A stretch of 64,000 bases of DNA from the human T2T-CHM13v2.0 reference genome, Homo sapiens. Below are positions 39,331 to 60,753 of the stretch, in pieces. The notes under the pieces are model-generated. The model made no database searches. It was given only the letters and a program-made list of their open reading frames with translations, and was not told the origin of the DNA. Position 1 is the first letter of the stretch. Every line of letters begins with the position of its first letter. Made by a program: the position numbers and the translations under genes. The stretch lies in assembly GCF_009914755.1 (NCBI RefSeq), contig NC_060931.1. One strand, 5' to 3'.

Positions 39331-40254
39331 TTGGGGAACTTTTAACAGGGAAAATATAATGTATGTGTTATGTAGGCTTCAGCCACAGATACATGATGAA
39401 GCTTACAACTGTAAACATGCAGGCTTTACTCTTCTTGATTACTGAGATGGATGGCAGTTTATCGACACTTATTCAGGTTTTTGCTCCTTTCTGTCAATTT
39501 AAATCTCAGGATCAGTGAAAAGAGCCCAGGGAGAAGACAGGAGATCTGTGTGTCCCCAGCCCTGTCCCCAAACTGTCTGTAAGAACTTTCAGCCTCTGAA
39601 ACTCATCAGCAGTAGAAGATAACTTGTCTCCAATATTTGACAGTGGTGATGTGAAGGTAAAGCAAACTGATTAACACGAATCAACTATGAAAAACTTAAA
39701 GCGATTTACCAGCATCTTACATGTAGTAAATGTATTTTACACACACACATATCTATTATATTATATATACAGGACCGAAAGAATAAAGAAAAACATTTTT
39801 TGGGTAGGAAAATGGCAGAGACGACAGCAATAGCAGTATTTTCTGGCAAAATGTTACAGAATAAGATGGAGTATACAGAAAAGTAAGGTTACTCATTCAA
39901 AACAACAACCACAGATATTTTTTGTTGATATTGTTAGGTTTGGGATTTATTTTTTAGATTTTAATGAAGATGGTAGGTTAATTGATAACCTTCTTGGCAG
40001 GAGACCATAATCTTGGCTTTCAGAATGTGAATAAAAGGGGCTCTAGTTTCTTTCCCCTTTTTGTAATATCGTTGTCACCTCATAACTACAGCTTGGGGTT
40101 TTAGCTACAGTCCAAATGACATTTTAATTAATAAAATTTGGCCATAATTAAATTACATATAAAAATATATCACAAGTACCTCTTATTTAACTTTTACTTC
40201 TTTGCCAATATATAAAGTGGTCAATAAGACTTCTATTCAAAAATAGTGTATTTT

Positions 40255-46402
<6,148 letters not shown>

Positions 46403-46741
46403 CAAAAATAGTGTATTTTAGACAGTTTAGAGAGTCATTATTCCATGGTTCAGTATGAACCTTCTTTTTGCTACTGTTTGTACCTTTTCGTCACTGTGAC
46501 TTCATCAGGAACAAGAATTTCATCCCTGCAGCAAACACCGCTGCGAATATGGACTGCAGGGTGACAAAATCATCGTCACAATTTTTACGCTTTCTGAATT
46601 TCTCTTGCAAATATCCACATTAACAGTACTAATATTCTTCAGCCTTCAAAACTCATGCTGTTTTATTTCTCACACTTGCCCTTCATTCTCTTTGTAATGG
46701 ATCCACAATCGTTCCATCTGTAATGTTTTGCCTTAAAAGAG

Positions 46742-46919
46742 CAGTTTTTTTCCCAAGTGTCTTCAAGAACCATTTGTATTAGCATCAACTGGGTACATGT
46801 ACAGAATGCAAATTCATAGGCCTGAAGCTAGACCTGCTGGATCAGGGTATGGCCTGGTAATGTGTATTTTCATAAGCATCCAGGTACCTCACAGGTGCAC
46901 TTATATCTTGTATATACTG
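46742..46919. mobile_element. MER5-family MITE
   Basis: AATGCAAATTCATAGGCC...AGACCTGCTGGATCAG...TGTATTTTCATAAGCATCCAGGT. Confidence 0.6.
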
Positions 46920-47149
46920 CTATGGAAGGTGCTCTGCTCTAATTAATCAAACAAGTATGTAATAGAGTAAGCCTCATAGCATAATAAATAATACTGTGGG
47001 CCATGGCAGTAAGAACTGGCTCATTTAAATACTGTTAAATTATCAGGACAAGTATTAAATATGTAATTTTTATTAAATATACCACTGGTTGCCAGAAGAA
47101 TTCTCATTGATGTAGCAGTTTTCACATTTATATATATTTATAATTTTAA

Positions 47150-47410
47150 AATGATAGATAACATATACTGAATGCTTACTATTAGCCATGCCCTGTTTTT
47201 CATAAATTAATCCATGTATATAAGTATTTTACATTTACTCATTTATACAGCATGATGAGCGACAAGGTGCTATCATTATTATCATTATCATCTTAGATGG
47301 GGAAACTGAGGCATGGGGGCCCCACAGCACTAAGTGGCAGAGCCATGATTCAGCAGTAAATAATCCAGTACCAAAGCTCTGGTCCTTAGCAATTATACCT
47401 GTACTGTCTC
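47150..47410 (-). mobile_element. MIR
   Basis: ACTGAATGCTTACT...AGATGGGGAAACTGAGGCA...TAAGTGGCAGAGCCATGATTC. Confidence 0.75.
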
Positions 47411-47536
47411 TCTATTTGTAAAGAAAGTGTAGGTCTTTAAATGCTATTTTGAACAGATTTCCATATACCTATGTATAGAATAACCAACTACAATTGAACT
47501 TTTATTGTACCTTATCATACTCTACAGCTAGATGGC

Positions 47537-47963
47537 TGTCTTTAGTCCATTTTGCACTGCTACAAAGAAATACCTGAAGCTGGGCAATTTATAAGGAAAA
47601 GAGTTTTATTGGGCTCACAGTGCCCAGGCTGTACAAGTAGCATGGAGCCAGCATCTGCTTCTGGTGAGGCCTCAGGCTGCTTCCACTCATGGTGAAAGGT
47701 GGAGGGAAGCTGGTGTGTGGCAATCACGTGGTGAGGAAGAACACAAAGCAGAGGGGGAGGTGCCAGGCTCTTTTTAACAACCGGCTCCCATGGGAATCAT
47801 GTGTGAGAACTCACTCACTGCCCCCCACCAAGGAGGGCATCAATCTTTTCACCAGGCATCTGCCCTCATGACACAAACACCTCTCATTAAGCCCCACCTC
47901 CAACACTGGAGATCAAATTGCAACATGAGATTTGGAGGGGCCAAAACAAACCAAAAGATAGCA
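47537..47963 (-). mobile_element. MSTB-like solo LTR
   Basis: TGTCTTTAGTCCATTTTG...GGGCAATTTATAAGGAAAAG...ATAGCA; TSD ATGGC/ATGTC. Confidence 0.85.
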
Positions 47964-48856
47964 ATGTCTCTGGCATTTAAACAATATATTTAAACTATAT
48001 TTGGCCACTTAAAACTACGTTTGAGGCCTACCTAATTTAAAACGAATGAAAATAGACAATAATTCTACCCTTATAATGCCTAAAATCTAGTTGCGGAGAT
48101 TTAAAAAAAATTCTAACCGTTCCATAAATAAACATAACTTTGCAACTTTGGCAAATAATACAAAATAGAATTACACAGAATTGTGAGAGCTTTTAAAAGA
48201 TGGTTTATTCTCGACAGGAAAGTCTGGAGGGGCTTCCTTGTGAACAGGTGAATGGATGAACAGTCATTAACCTGGTAAAGCAGGGACCAGTGATGGGGAG
48301 CTCTGCCTTCGGAAATGGAAGACTGCTGTTACAGAACAAATCCGCTATCAGGAACATCCAGAAAAGGTCAAAGGCACTGCAGAGCTGCCAAGGAAGTGAG
48401 GACTTGTGTCTTCATGTCCAAAAGATGGAAGAACAGAGAGGTAGAGAAATATAGGGGTGGCATTCACTCATTTGCACAAGGCAGCTGACAGGTTGTGGAT
48501 TTCTATAGACTTGGGGTCTAAAAGTAGAAGTCCTGAGAAACACACTAGAGTTTGAATTGGAATCCCCAAAGGCTACACACTAGAAAAAAAGAATTAGAGA
48601 TGGAATTTTCCTCAGGACGAAAGCCCAGACTGTAAAGATGTTAACCCTTGTCTAAATTAAGAATATTTGCCTTCTTCCTAACTACCTGCCAGAAGCAAAA
48701 GTGAATCCACTCTGGAGGAAGACAAAGCATCTAGAGCTTCAAATTATCTGCACACCTAGTATTGGAAATATGAAGTATTGAGCCAAAAATTACCAAGAAA
48801 GAACAAAATAATTGAACAAAGAGCAACAGCAACACATAAGCGCGCGTGCGCACATG

Positions 48857-48889
<33 letters not shown>

Positions 48890-48959
48890 ACACACCAGAA
48901 TAACAGAAGAACCAGAAAGAACTTATTAGATATGGACTTTAGCATGTTTGTAAAACTAA

Positions 48960-49279
<320 letters not shown>

Positions 49280-51256
49280 CAAAATGTAGAATTATACCAT
49301 GAAATGGAAACCATTTAAAATCAAATGGGCATATTAGAATGGAAACAAAATAAGATATGAAATTAAGAACTCAATGAATGGATTTAACAACCATTTAACA
49401 CAGCTGAACAGAAGAAAAGGGAGCAAACAAAAAAATTCAATATCTGGTTACAAGTAGAAAAATGTAGAAAACAGTGTAACATGCATAATAGATGTTGGAA
49501 ACCTCTAGTATAGGTGTAATTAAAGTTGCAGAAGGAGAAGACGGAGAGAATAGAAAGGGAACTGTTACAGATGAGATCATTTCAAAAGTAACGGAAAAAT
49601 CCAACAGATATTAGCTGCTGTATGAACTTCAGATAGATTACAACAAACAGACAAAATGTACCTAAGGATATCATAATAAAATTTCTGAAAACTGAAGACA
49701 AGAGGAAGTCTAAAAAGCAGTCAGAGACAAAACATATGTTATCTTTAAGGGGAAATAGAAATACTAATAATGACTGTATAAGAGTGCAAGTCAGAAGATG
49801 GAGACATGACATTGTCAAGTGCGGAATGAAAATAAATGCCAAAATAGAACTCCATATGCTCTAAAGTTCTTCTTCAAAACAAAGGAAAAATATAAGGACA
49901 TTTTTTTGAAAAACAAAAACCTAGGAAATTTGTCAAACTTCCAGTAAAGGAATGACTGAGAGAACTCTTCATGCAAAAAAACATAATCACAGATGAAAAT
50001 AGATGACTTAAGAAGAGAAGAATGGAAAAGATAAATGTGTGGCTATGTCCAAGGGAATATTGATTGTACAAAACAATGATTAGAAAAAAATACCTATATA
50101 AATCTTGATAAATAATAGCACAAAAGACAGGACTTTGTTAAATAATATTTGATTACTCAAAGTTCCTTATTACCTGGAGAATTGTAGATATATTAATTAA
50201 TGCAACTATCAACTAATTGAAATTAATATGATTATCAATATAAGATTCTAATTAAGAATATATTTTGAATTTATGGGGTAAACACTGAAAGAATAATAAT
50301 TGTTTAATAACAGGCTAATTTGAAGAAGATTTATCAATAAACATAATTAACTCAAAAGAGGAAAAACGGGACAAACAGAATTAGTAAGATTGATTGGAAT
50401 GCCAATGTGTCAGTGATTGCATTAATGCAAATGGATTGAATACTCAGATTAAAAGGCAAAATTGTCAGACTGAATTAGCAAATAAAGACAGGCAGCTCAC
50501 AAAAAAAGCTGCCTAAAATATGAGGACCAAAAAAAAAAAAAAAACCCTGAAAAAAAGAGAGTAAGTTGAATACATGCAAGCAGTAGGCAAAATAAAATTG
50601 GCATATATAATTTTGCAAATGACACTGAAAGGCAAGAAATGACACATTTCTAAATATAAATAGTGTCATTGCATTAGGATTAAAGGGTCTATCTGACAAG
50701 AATTTATAATCTTAGACTGGTATGCACCTAATAATATAGCTTCAAAATATATAAAGCAAAAATTAACAGAATTAAGGAGGAAAATAGACAAATCTACAAT
50801 CTTAGATTTTACCATACCTCTCTGAGAAACTGAAAGAACATCCAAGAAAAAAAATCAATAAGGATGTAGTAGATTTGAAAATCACAATGAGCTAACTTGA
50901 TCTAGTTGAAAAATACAGAAATACTACATCTGTCATTTCAGAATATACATCATATTCTATCCAATATGTATATGCATTGCCCAAATTGACCGTATGTTTG
51001 AAAACAAATCACACACACACACACACACACAGTATCACCAAGTATAGGGATTGAAATTCTGAGTATTTTTTCTCTAACTATAGTGAGATTAAGCTAAAAG
51101 TTAATATTAAAAATATACCTCAAACATCTTTAAATATTTGTAAATTATTTCTAAACAACTCATTGGCCAAAAATAAAAATTACAAAGGAAATTAAAAGTG
51201 CCAATTTTATAACCTAACATCTCAATAATTTACCCAATAGAACAGCAAATAACACA

Positions 51257-52235
51257 CAGTCACACATTGCTTAATGACAGGATACTTTATGAACCCAACA
51301 TTCAGTGATGTTAGTCATTGTGTAAACATCAAAGAGTGTACTTACATGAATATAGAGGGTACAGCCTCCTACACACTTAGCCTATATGGCATAGCTCCTA
51401 TACTACAAACCTGTACAGCATGTTGCTGGACTGAATACCTAATTTTACTGTACCTTTTCTATGTTTAGATATGCCATGGTAAGTAGTTGTATATCTAAAC
51501 ATAGAAAAGGTAAAGTAAAATTATGGCATAAGAAATAAATAATGTTACATCTGTACAGGGAACTTACCATAAATGGAGCTTCTGTAACTTAGAGTTGCTC
51601 TGAGTGAGTCTGGGAGTGAGTGGTGAGTGAATGTGAAGGTCTAGGACATTACTGTACACTACTGTAGACTTTCCCAACACTTTACACTTAGGCTATACTA
51701 AATTTGTAAAAACAAAAACTAAAACTAAAACAAAAAAAACCCTTTTCTTTTTTCAATAATATGTTAACGTTAGCCTACTGTAACTTTTTTACTTTCTAAC
51801 ATTTTGAGTTTTTAAAAAATTATTTGATTCTTTTGCAATCACACTTACCTTAAGACACAAATAATACAATCATACAGATATTTTCTTTATATTCTTATCT
51901 ATATGCTTTTATCTATTTTCAAATTTCTTATTTCATTTGTTACTTTTTAAACTTTTTGCTAAAAATTAAGACACACACACAATTTTGTGTTTATTATTAT
52001 CAAACATTATGTACCATACATAATTGTATCGCTATACTTTTAAACAAGCGGTAGTGCAATAGGTTTGTTCACACCAGCATCACCAAAAACTCGTGAGAAC
52101 TGCATTGTGCTATGGTGTTAGGACAATGATGATGTCACTAGGAACAGGAATTTTTCGGCTTCATTATAATCTGGGACTACTGTGGTATATGTGGTCTGTC
52201 ATATGTTGACTGAAATGTTATGTCATGCATGATTG
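51257..52235 (+). mobile_element. Tigger3 (Tigger3b/MER7-like) DNA transposon
   Basis: TIR-like CAGTCACACATTGCTTAATGAC...GTTATGTCATGCATGATTG; CAAACCTGTACAGCATGTT core. Confidence 0.85.
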
Positions 52236-53857
52236 CATAAAGAAAGTAGGAAAAAATAGTACGTATGACCAATCTTATTAATTAAATTGATAAAAAGTGC
52301 ATGACACAACTCAAAAAGCTAAAAGTTGTTTTTCAAGCAAATAATTAAATAGGTAAACACCAGGGAAGATTGAATTTTTAAAAATCAAGTATTACCCTAT
52401 TCCAAATGAAAAAGAACATCATTTTAATGGAAACCAAAAAGAAGAAGTATTTGCAATGCTTATTAACTGACAAAGGACTCATATCCTGGATATATTAAAA
52501 GGTTTGACAAATAAAGATATTAAAAGTCCTGGACACTACAAATGACAAATGGGCAAAAACATTAACACGCACGTCACAAAAGAAAATATCCAAATTACTA
52601 AGAAACATATAAAAGCTTTCCTTTTCACTGTCATTAGTTTTTGAGGCAATGCAAGATACCCGTATACCGTCATCAGAAATGTTACTCAAAAGTGAAATAA
52701 AACAAAATATAACCTGACAATATCAAATGGTAAGAAGAATGTGAAGCAACAGGTCACTCACATCCTACTTGTGTGGGAGTAATTTTGTGCAGCCTCTGTT
52801 TATCAGGTTACACAAGGCTGAATACACACATTCTAATAAATCTACTAAGGCTAAACATATACCTTCTAATAAATCTATCAAGTTTCTAGATATATAGCCT
52901 TCAGAAATTCTTACATGTGTAAATCAAGACTGTAATGAGAATGGTCATAACATCATTATTTATGTTAGTGCCTATCCAAGCAAAAAAAAAAAATCCAAAT
53001 TGACTCAACAATAGCATGGATTGATTATGAAATGTTCATACCATGGAATGCCATGCAGTGATGGAAGCTGACTACAGCTACATACAATATCTCCGAGTCT
53101 CCCAAGGGAGACAGAGTGAAAGAAGCCATTCACATTGATTCCATTTATATGGAGTTCAGAAGTCTCCCCAGCTAACTAGCGTTAGAAGTCAGGATAGTGA
53201 TTTTCTCAGGGGAGAAATGGGATTGTAACTAGAAGAATGCACCAAGAAATCTTTTGAGACACCGCTTATCTTGTATGTCTTCATCTGGTTGTGATTACAT
53301 GGATGTATGCACTTTGAGATAAGTTATTAAGTTGTAGACTTATGACTTAGGCACTTCTCTCTAAATGTCGTACTTCAACAAGATGTTTTGGTTTGTTTTT
53401 ACATTAAAAGACAGAAGGAAGAGGAGAGTATTTAAGGTAAAGAAAATAGCACGAAAAAATCTCTGTGCAGGAATTAAGTGTGTACCAAGATTGAATAAAG
53501 CCATGTGAATGGAGTACAGAGGTAAAGAAATAAAGATAAAGAGAGGAGGAGGGGAGATGGGAAAAAAGGAAGGAGGAAAGGAGAAAGAAAAGACAACAGA
53601 AAAAGAAAAAAAATGAAGCTGGAAAAGTAAGTAATGGCGGCCCCTCTCCAAGGTCCAGAAACTTGGATACTTCCCTAATAGCAGTGAACGCCAGAGAAGG
53701 GGTTTAGCTGTGGAGAGTGTGGTGATGTGATGAGATTTGTACTTCAGATATCTCTAGATGAATGCACTGGAGAAGGGAAAAAAGTAGATGTGAGTGGATG
53801 AAAAAAGAATGAACAGCAGTTGTCCAGCAGAGAGAAGTGTTCGTTACCTGGGTCTGA

Positions 53858-54291
<434 letters not shown>

Positions 54292-57200
54292 CAAAATATC
54301 TCTTAAAAAGTCATTTAACCACGTGTTTCTCTTTTCTATAACTCGTTGTAAACAATGAATTCCTATATTTAATAGTGATGTCCTTTTTGTATTCTAGTTT
54401 AATAACACTATTTCATGGGTTAATTGTTTTAATAGGAATTTCCTAGTCGATATAGTTTTATTTATTACCTCATTGGAGGAAGAGTTTTATACATATTTTA
54501 TAGAGGTGGGCCCAAAAGTCCCCGCTATGTTGGTAGACACATAATAATTAAATTTTAAAAAGCTATGGCCTTCTAAATTTTTCTTTCTTTTGAAATAAAT
54601 ATATACAGATTTTTGACTTATTTATCAACAATTGTGCCATCTTATAGGAAAATTAACAAGGTTCATTTATGAATGTGTCACAAAACTGCTTTTCTTGAAC
54701 TGCTGATGTTTGAATATTATAATTTTATGCCATCTGTGATATGAGCATTTGTTACATATAAGTTCTATCATAAGCAAACTAAAATCACTCCCTTTGTTTA
54801 AATGTGTTTAGTAAGTCTATTGCTTTCAGTTTATAAGTGTTTGACCATTGCTCTTCTATAAAAGACTCTACAAGAACTCTAAAATATATACTGTGCTTCA
54901 CTGATTCTGTAAAATAGATATGTAAAGTAATTTCACATTGTTCAAAGATACTAGGAATCACATACACTTAACTGCTTATATTTTCCAATACTTTGCTTAG
55001 TTACAAAGTTTCTGTATAAAGATATTCTCATGTATAAAAGAGCCCAACAATTGTTTTGTACTTCTTACACTTCCTTAAGATAGTATTTAATACCAACAAA
55101 ATACTGCTTGAGTCAGGAGGCCTTAATCAATTTGTTAGAGTAGGAAACTGAAGAGTTAAAATAGTTGTGGTATTGGCCTACACCGACATGTGACGTGAGA
55201 CATGGCTGTGGATATGACATCCAGGCTCCATCCTCTGTTCCTCCTCTTGGAAATTCGGTCTGTAGCCTAACACATTTGTTAATGCACAGAGACAAGTATG
55301 TGGGGAGAAAAGACACACTGAGCTGGATACCTGTGTATTTTGGTTCATACCTGAGATGAACCTGAAATACAGTCTATTACCTGAAATAGAAGACCAACGT
55401 GTTGTAATGAATTTAGTCTGAATTATCTCATTCCTGGGAGGTTCCTGTTAAATTGAGCAAGTGCGAGATAGAGATGAACATAAATCATTTCTTTCACTCT
55501 TAGTCTACTCTGGCAAAGTGAAACATTGCCAAAGATAACAGTCTTTTAATTAATTTTGGAGGTTGGTTTATGTATACCCTTGGAATTTCTTGGATACATG
55601 CTTCATTAATAGGCCAATATGCCTAGGTTTAAAGAAGATATTTATTTTAAAATTTAATATGTCGATTCTTAGTTGAAAGTATAGTGGAAGAGGCAGCAGC
55701 ATAAATATCCTCTCATTTATTGCTTCGTTTGTTCGAGAAACATGAATTGAACAACCTACTACTCATCAGTCAGTGTGAAAGTAGGAGGACTCAAAGAAGA
55801 ACATGCAGGCATAGGCCTTCAAGTTGGGATGCAAAGGCAGCCGTGCCAATAAGTAAATATGTGTGATAAGTTGTTAGATGTGCAATTCTAGCTATAAGAT
55901 GATTGATTTAATGGCCAACATAGCCCTTGTAATATAACATTAGCACTGAGGTGAGATTAAATTCCGTTTCCATCTCTTGGTTGCAAAGGGTCAGTGGGGA
56001 AATGGGTCATCTGTGAGCAGGGTTGATATTGGACTTAATAGTTTTGCATGGATGATCTATAAATGGCTCTTCTCTAATCCTTACTACCTACCCAAATGAT
56101 ATCCTTATTATTCCAACCCAAAATTAGTGCAGGAGCTTCCTAGCTGCCTTGCCTGTCCCTGTCTCCCTGCTTTGGAGGGTGGATTTGATTTTAAAGTATG
56201 GATCATGCTATATCAATGTCTACCTGGGGGCCTTGGCTGCGACATTCCTGTTTTTGTAGGACACGGCTCACATGGCTCTCACTGCTGGTCTCCACATGTC
56301 CTTCCACCCTCATTTCCATCACCCAGCTCTGCTTCCAGGTGATAGTGTACTGAACTACTCAGGCCATCCCTCTGCAGGCATTCATTTTCCCTGGCTCCAG
56401 GTCCTAATGGCTAAATTTGTATTGCTCCTATAAAATGTATTTCAGCTGTCATCACTTGCTTTAGCTTTCTTTCATATTTGCCTAAAGACCCCAGGAGCCC
56501 TGCCATCTGTATTCCTGTATCATATTTGTACAATTATTTTTGTTGTTGTCCATATTGTTAATTTGCATATCACCCACCAGACACCGTGAGATCCTCAAGG
56601 ACAGGGACTGTTTTCTATAATAAAATCTATCACATGTCATCAAGCTTGGCATATCATTAGTCTCTCAACATATTTTAAGTTAATTTGTCTAATTTCTGAA
56701 TGATTGAGAGAAGCTAAAAACATTGGTTATATGCTTTCTCCAAACGATTATTATCATACCTGTGTGATTTGTAAAATAAATGCCGACCCATCTCATACTT
56801 TTTCTAGTAGATATCTTCCTGAAAATTTATGGGTAAATTAAATCATGTGAAATGAATAATGTCTTCAGTGAAATAGGACAGCTCACATTTTAAAGAACAT
56901 CAGTAATGAACTAATCTGTGTAAAAGAATAGTTTTAGTCTCTTTTCTTATGTCACGTTGACTGTCGCTTTTACAAATTGGGAATTTTACAGGTTGAGTTG
57001 CCTTATGTTGGGGTTCCTCTAGGTAAAGGTATTCATGCAGTTAAACTTCTAGTAATAAGCAACAAGAAAATAACACTGATAAAGTGACATGAGGAATCTG
57101 CTCCTGTGCTGTAACTATTTCCTGATGTCAAATGTGAAACTGAACATTTTGCCAAAAGTCTCAACTTAAATCAAAGCCACTTTAATCAAAGCAGTTGCTA

Positions 57201-57334
57201 ATGCCAGCAGTACATAAATTGAGGATGGAGCAAAAGGATCGACACCACCAATGGCTGCATTGTGATAGGTGTGGACAGAGCCTGCCAGAATTAAACACAT
57301 GCCAGGAGTCAACACTAGGCAAAGGTAAATGGGA

Positions 57335-57539
57335 TAGGTGCTGTGAAACATGGCAGATCCTATGGGACTTAGGTGCTCCCAAACATGGCAGACCCTATGG
57401 GGCTTAGGTGCTGAAAAACACGGCAGATTCTATGGGGCTTAGGTGCTGTGAAACATGGCAGCTTCTATGGGATTTAGGTGCTGTGAAACACGGAAGATTC
57501 CATGGGGCTTAGGTGCTATGGAACAGGGCAGATTCTATG
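57335..57539. repeat. Minisatellite, 35-bp unit x ~5.9
   Basis: Consensus TAGGTGCTGTGAAACATGGCAGATTCTATGGGGCT; units start at 57335, 57370, 57405, 57440, 57475, 57510. Confidence 0.95.
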
Positions 57540-57663
57540 TGACCAAACCTAACAGAAACAGTGCGGTGAGAATCGTAAGATAAACATGCTATTCCTGTGA
57601 TCTGGGTGAACAAACAAACAAAAACAGGAAATACAACTGCAAAACCTAGACAGAGAAGAGCCA

Positions 57664-57795
57664 AAACTGTTGATAAATATAGGACCACCTTCGCATCCCC
57701 GTTTGCGAAAATGTTGATAAATATAGGACCACCTTCGCATCCCTGTTTGTGAAACTGTTGATAAATATAGGACCACCTTCACATCCCTGTTTGTG
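57664..57795. repeat. Minisatellite, 44-bp unit x3
   Basis: AAACTGTTGATAAATATAGGACCACCTTCGCATCCCTGTTTGTG; units at 57664, 57708, 57752. Confidence 0.96.
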
Positions 57796-57946
57796 AATGC
57801 AATAGCACAAGAAAAAGTCATTTTGAGGATGGGATAGGGAATGAACTTCTGATGGTAATGCTGTCTTCAAATGGTTCCGAATTGAATTTTATCAGAAATT
57901 TAAATACCCAAAATTAATATAGAAATTGAGAACCATCTTATGTTAA

Positions 57947-58282
<336 letters not shown>

Positions 58283-58592
58283 CTGTCTTTCTTACAGAGA
58301 CCTCTTAGCCTCATTCTTTTCCTCTCCAGTATTCCATATGGCAGTGGCTCAAGGTAGACACGTTGCAAAGAATGAACAGGCATTACCTGGATATTCAGGA
58401 TTGCTTTGCTGTTTTATTCTGTGCAGTGTTTCCTTTTATGCCTGCTTTTCAGCCCTATCCTTTCTGCAGGGCTCTGGGTCACAAGCTGGGCAGGAGGAGC
58501 AGAACACAGCGCCTCTAACAAGTAGCAGGACTGGACGCTGTTGGTTAAGTGTTAGGAGAAAATGTGTCTGCTAATAGGGTTATTTGTTTCTT

Positions 58593-59196
58593 TTTTTGGG
58601 GGAATTTTTATTTTTTATTTTTTATATATAAACTTTAAGTTCTAGGGTACATGTGCACAACGTGCAGGTTTGTTACATATGTACACATGTGCCATGTTGG
58701 TGTACTGCACCCATTAACTCGTCATTTACATTAGGTATATCTCCTAATGCTATCCCTCCCCAATTCCCGCACCCCACAACAGGCCCCAGTGTGTGATGTT
58801 CCCCTTCCTGTGACCAAGTGTTCTCATTGTTCAGTTCCCACCTATGAGTGAAAACATGCGTTGTTTGGTTTTTTGTCCTCGCAATAGTTTGCTGAGAATG
58901 ATGGTTTCCAGCTTCATCCATGTCCCTACAAAGGACATGAACTCATCGTTTTTTATGGCTGCATAGTATTCCATGGTGTATATGTGCCACATTTTCTTAA
59001 TCCAGTCTATCATGTTGGACATTTGGGTTGTGGGACTGTAAACTAGTTCAACCATTGTGGAAGACAGTATGGCGATTCCTCAGGGATCTAGAACTAGAAA
59101 TACCATTTGACCCAGCCATCCCATTACTGGGTATATACCCAAAGGAATATAAATCATGCTGCTATAAAGACACATGCACACATATGTTTATTGTGG
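58593..59196 (-). mobile_element. 5'-truncated, 5'-inverted (twin-primed) L1PA (about PA5)
   Basis: Minus-strand 3' end 58593-59030 joined to a plus-oriented ORF2 piece 59030-59196; TSD TTGTTTCTT at 58584-58592 and 59197-59205. Confidence 0.92.
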
Positions 59197-59284
59197 TTGT
59201 TTCTTAACATAAAGGTTTAATCCGTATGATTCCACTTCTGATTTCCAGGGATAATTTGAAGGAAACTATAAAAATAGAAGGTTA

Positions 59285-59737
<453 letters not shown>

Positions 59738-59920
59738 CTAGATGAACGAATGCCGCTTCAAAGGAAGAAGCAAAAGAACCATATTAACCCTGCTTACAAT
59801 CGGATTTAGATTGGTGATATATTCTGTCCACACTCAACTGGGTTTATCCTGACATTCAACAGTGTAAGTGACCTGTACTCTAAGTGTTCCCTTCTTGAGA
59901 AAAGGTGTGATTGAGCAGCC

Positions 59921-60269
59921 TGCTGTTGTCTGAATTTTTGTCTCTCCCTTTTCCAGAATTCATATGTGAAACCTAACCCCAGGGTGATGGTGTTAGGGGC
60001 TGAGGACTTTGGGAGGTGATGAGGTGATGAGGGAGGAGCCATCACCCTGATAAAAGGGACCCCAGAGAGGTGCCTTTCCTCACACCATGTGATGCACACT
60101 GAGAAGGCGCCATCTGTGAACCAGAAATCAGATTCTCACCACACAAAGCATCTGCTTGCACCTTGGTCTTGGACTTCCAGCCTCCAGAACTGTGAGAAAT
60201 AAATTCCTGTTGTTTATAACCCACGCATTTTACACTATTTTGTTATCACAGCCAGAAGACAGTAAGACA
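59921..60269 (+). mobile_element. MLT1A-like MaLR LTR
   Basis: TGCTGTTGTCTGAAT start; CTTGGACTTCCAGCCTCCAGAACTGTGAGAAATAAATT; ends TAAGACA. Confidence 0.85.
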
Positions 60270-60711
60270 AATCCCAACAGAGAAGAGTGCTTCTAGAACC
60301 TAAAGTGCACCTACCACTTTCTAGCAAAGCCTGATCCACATTACTTTAAAAGTGACTTTTCAAGCATTTTGCTTTGGTTTACCTATTTCTTCCACTTACC
60401 TCTCTCAAGCCCAAATCATTAGTTTACACTTGTAACCAATTGCTCGTGCACATGTCCTAATGTTTTTGAATATACATATATTAATACATAATGTATCATT
60501 CGTGTTTGCATGTGGGCATTGTGGATAACTTACATGTAATTACAGTTGCAATTACTTAGAATCATCTACTTCTTCATGAGCTCGAAAGTGACCTCTTATT
60601 CTTTTTTACAAACGGAGATTTTTTTGTGAATGTAAATAATGGAAAAGCTTCCCAAACCCCTCCCAGACTCCAGCTCCCGCCATGCCCTTCCCCTCAGGCG
60701 CTGGCACGCCC

Positions 60712-60713
<2 letters not shown>

Positions 60714-60752
<39 letters not shown>
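60714..60752. repeat. (AC)19 microsatellite at the CpG-island edge
   Basis: Pure AC run. Confidence 0.97.

Positions 60753-60753
<1 letters not shown>

Noticed and set aside
57335-57795. 35-bp and 44-bp repeat arrays as a CRISPR-like locus
   Set aside because: Units are head-to-tail with no unique spacers, there are no cas genes, and the context is human; they are ordinary minisatellites.
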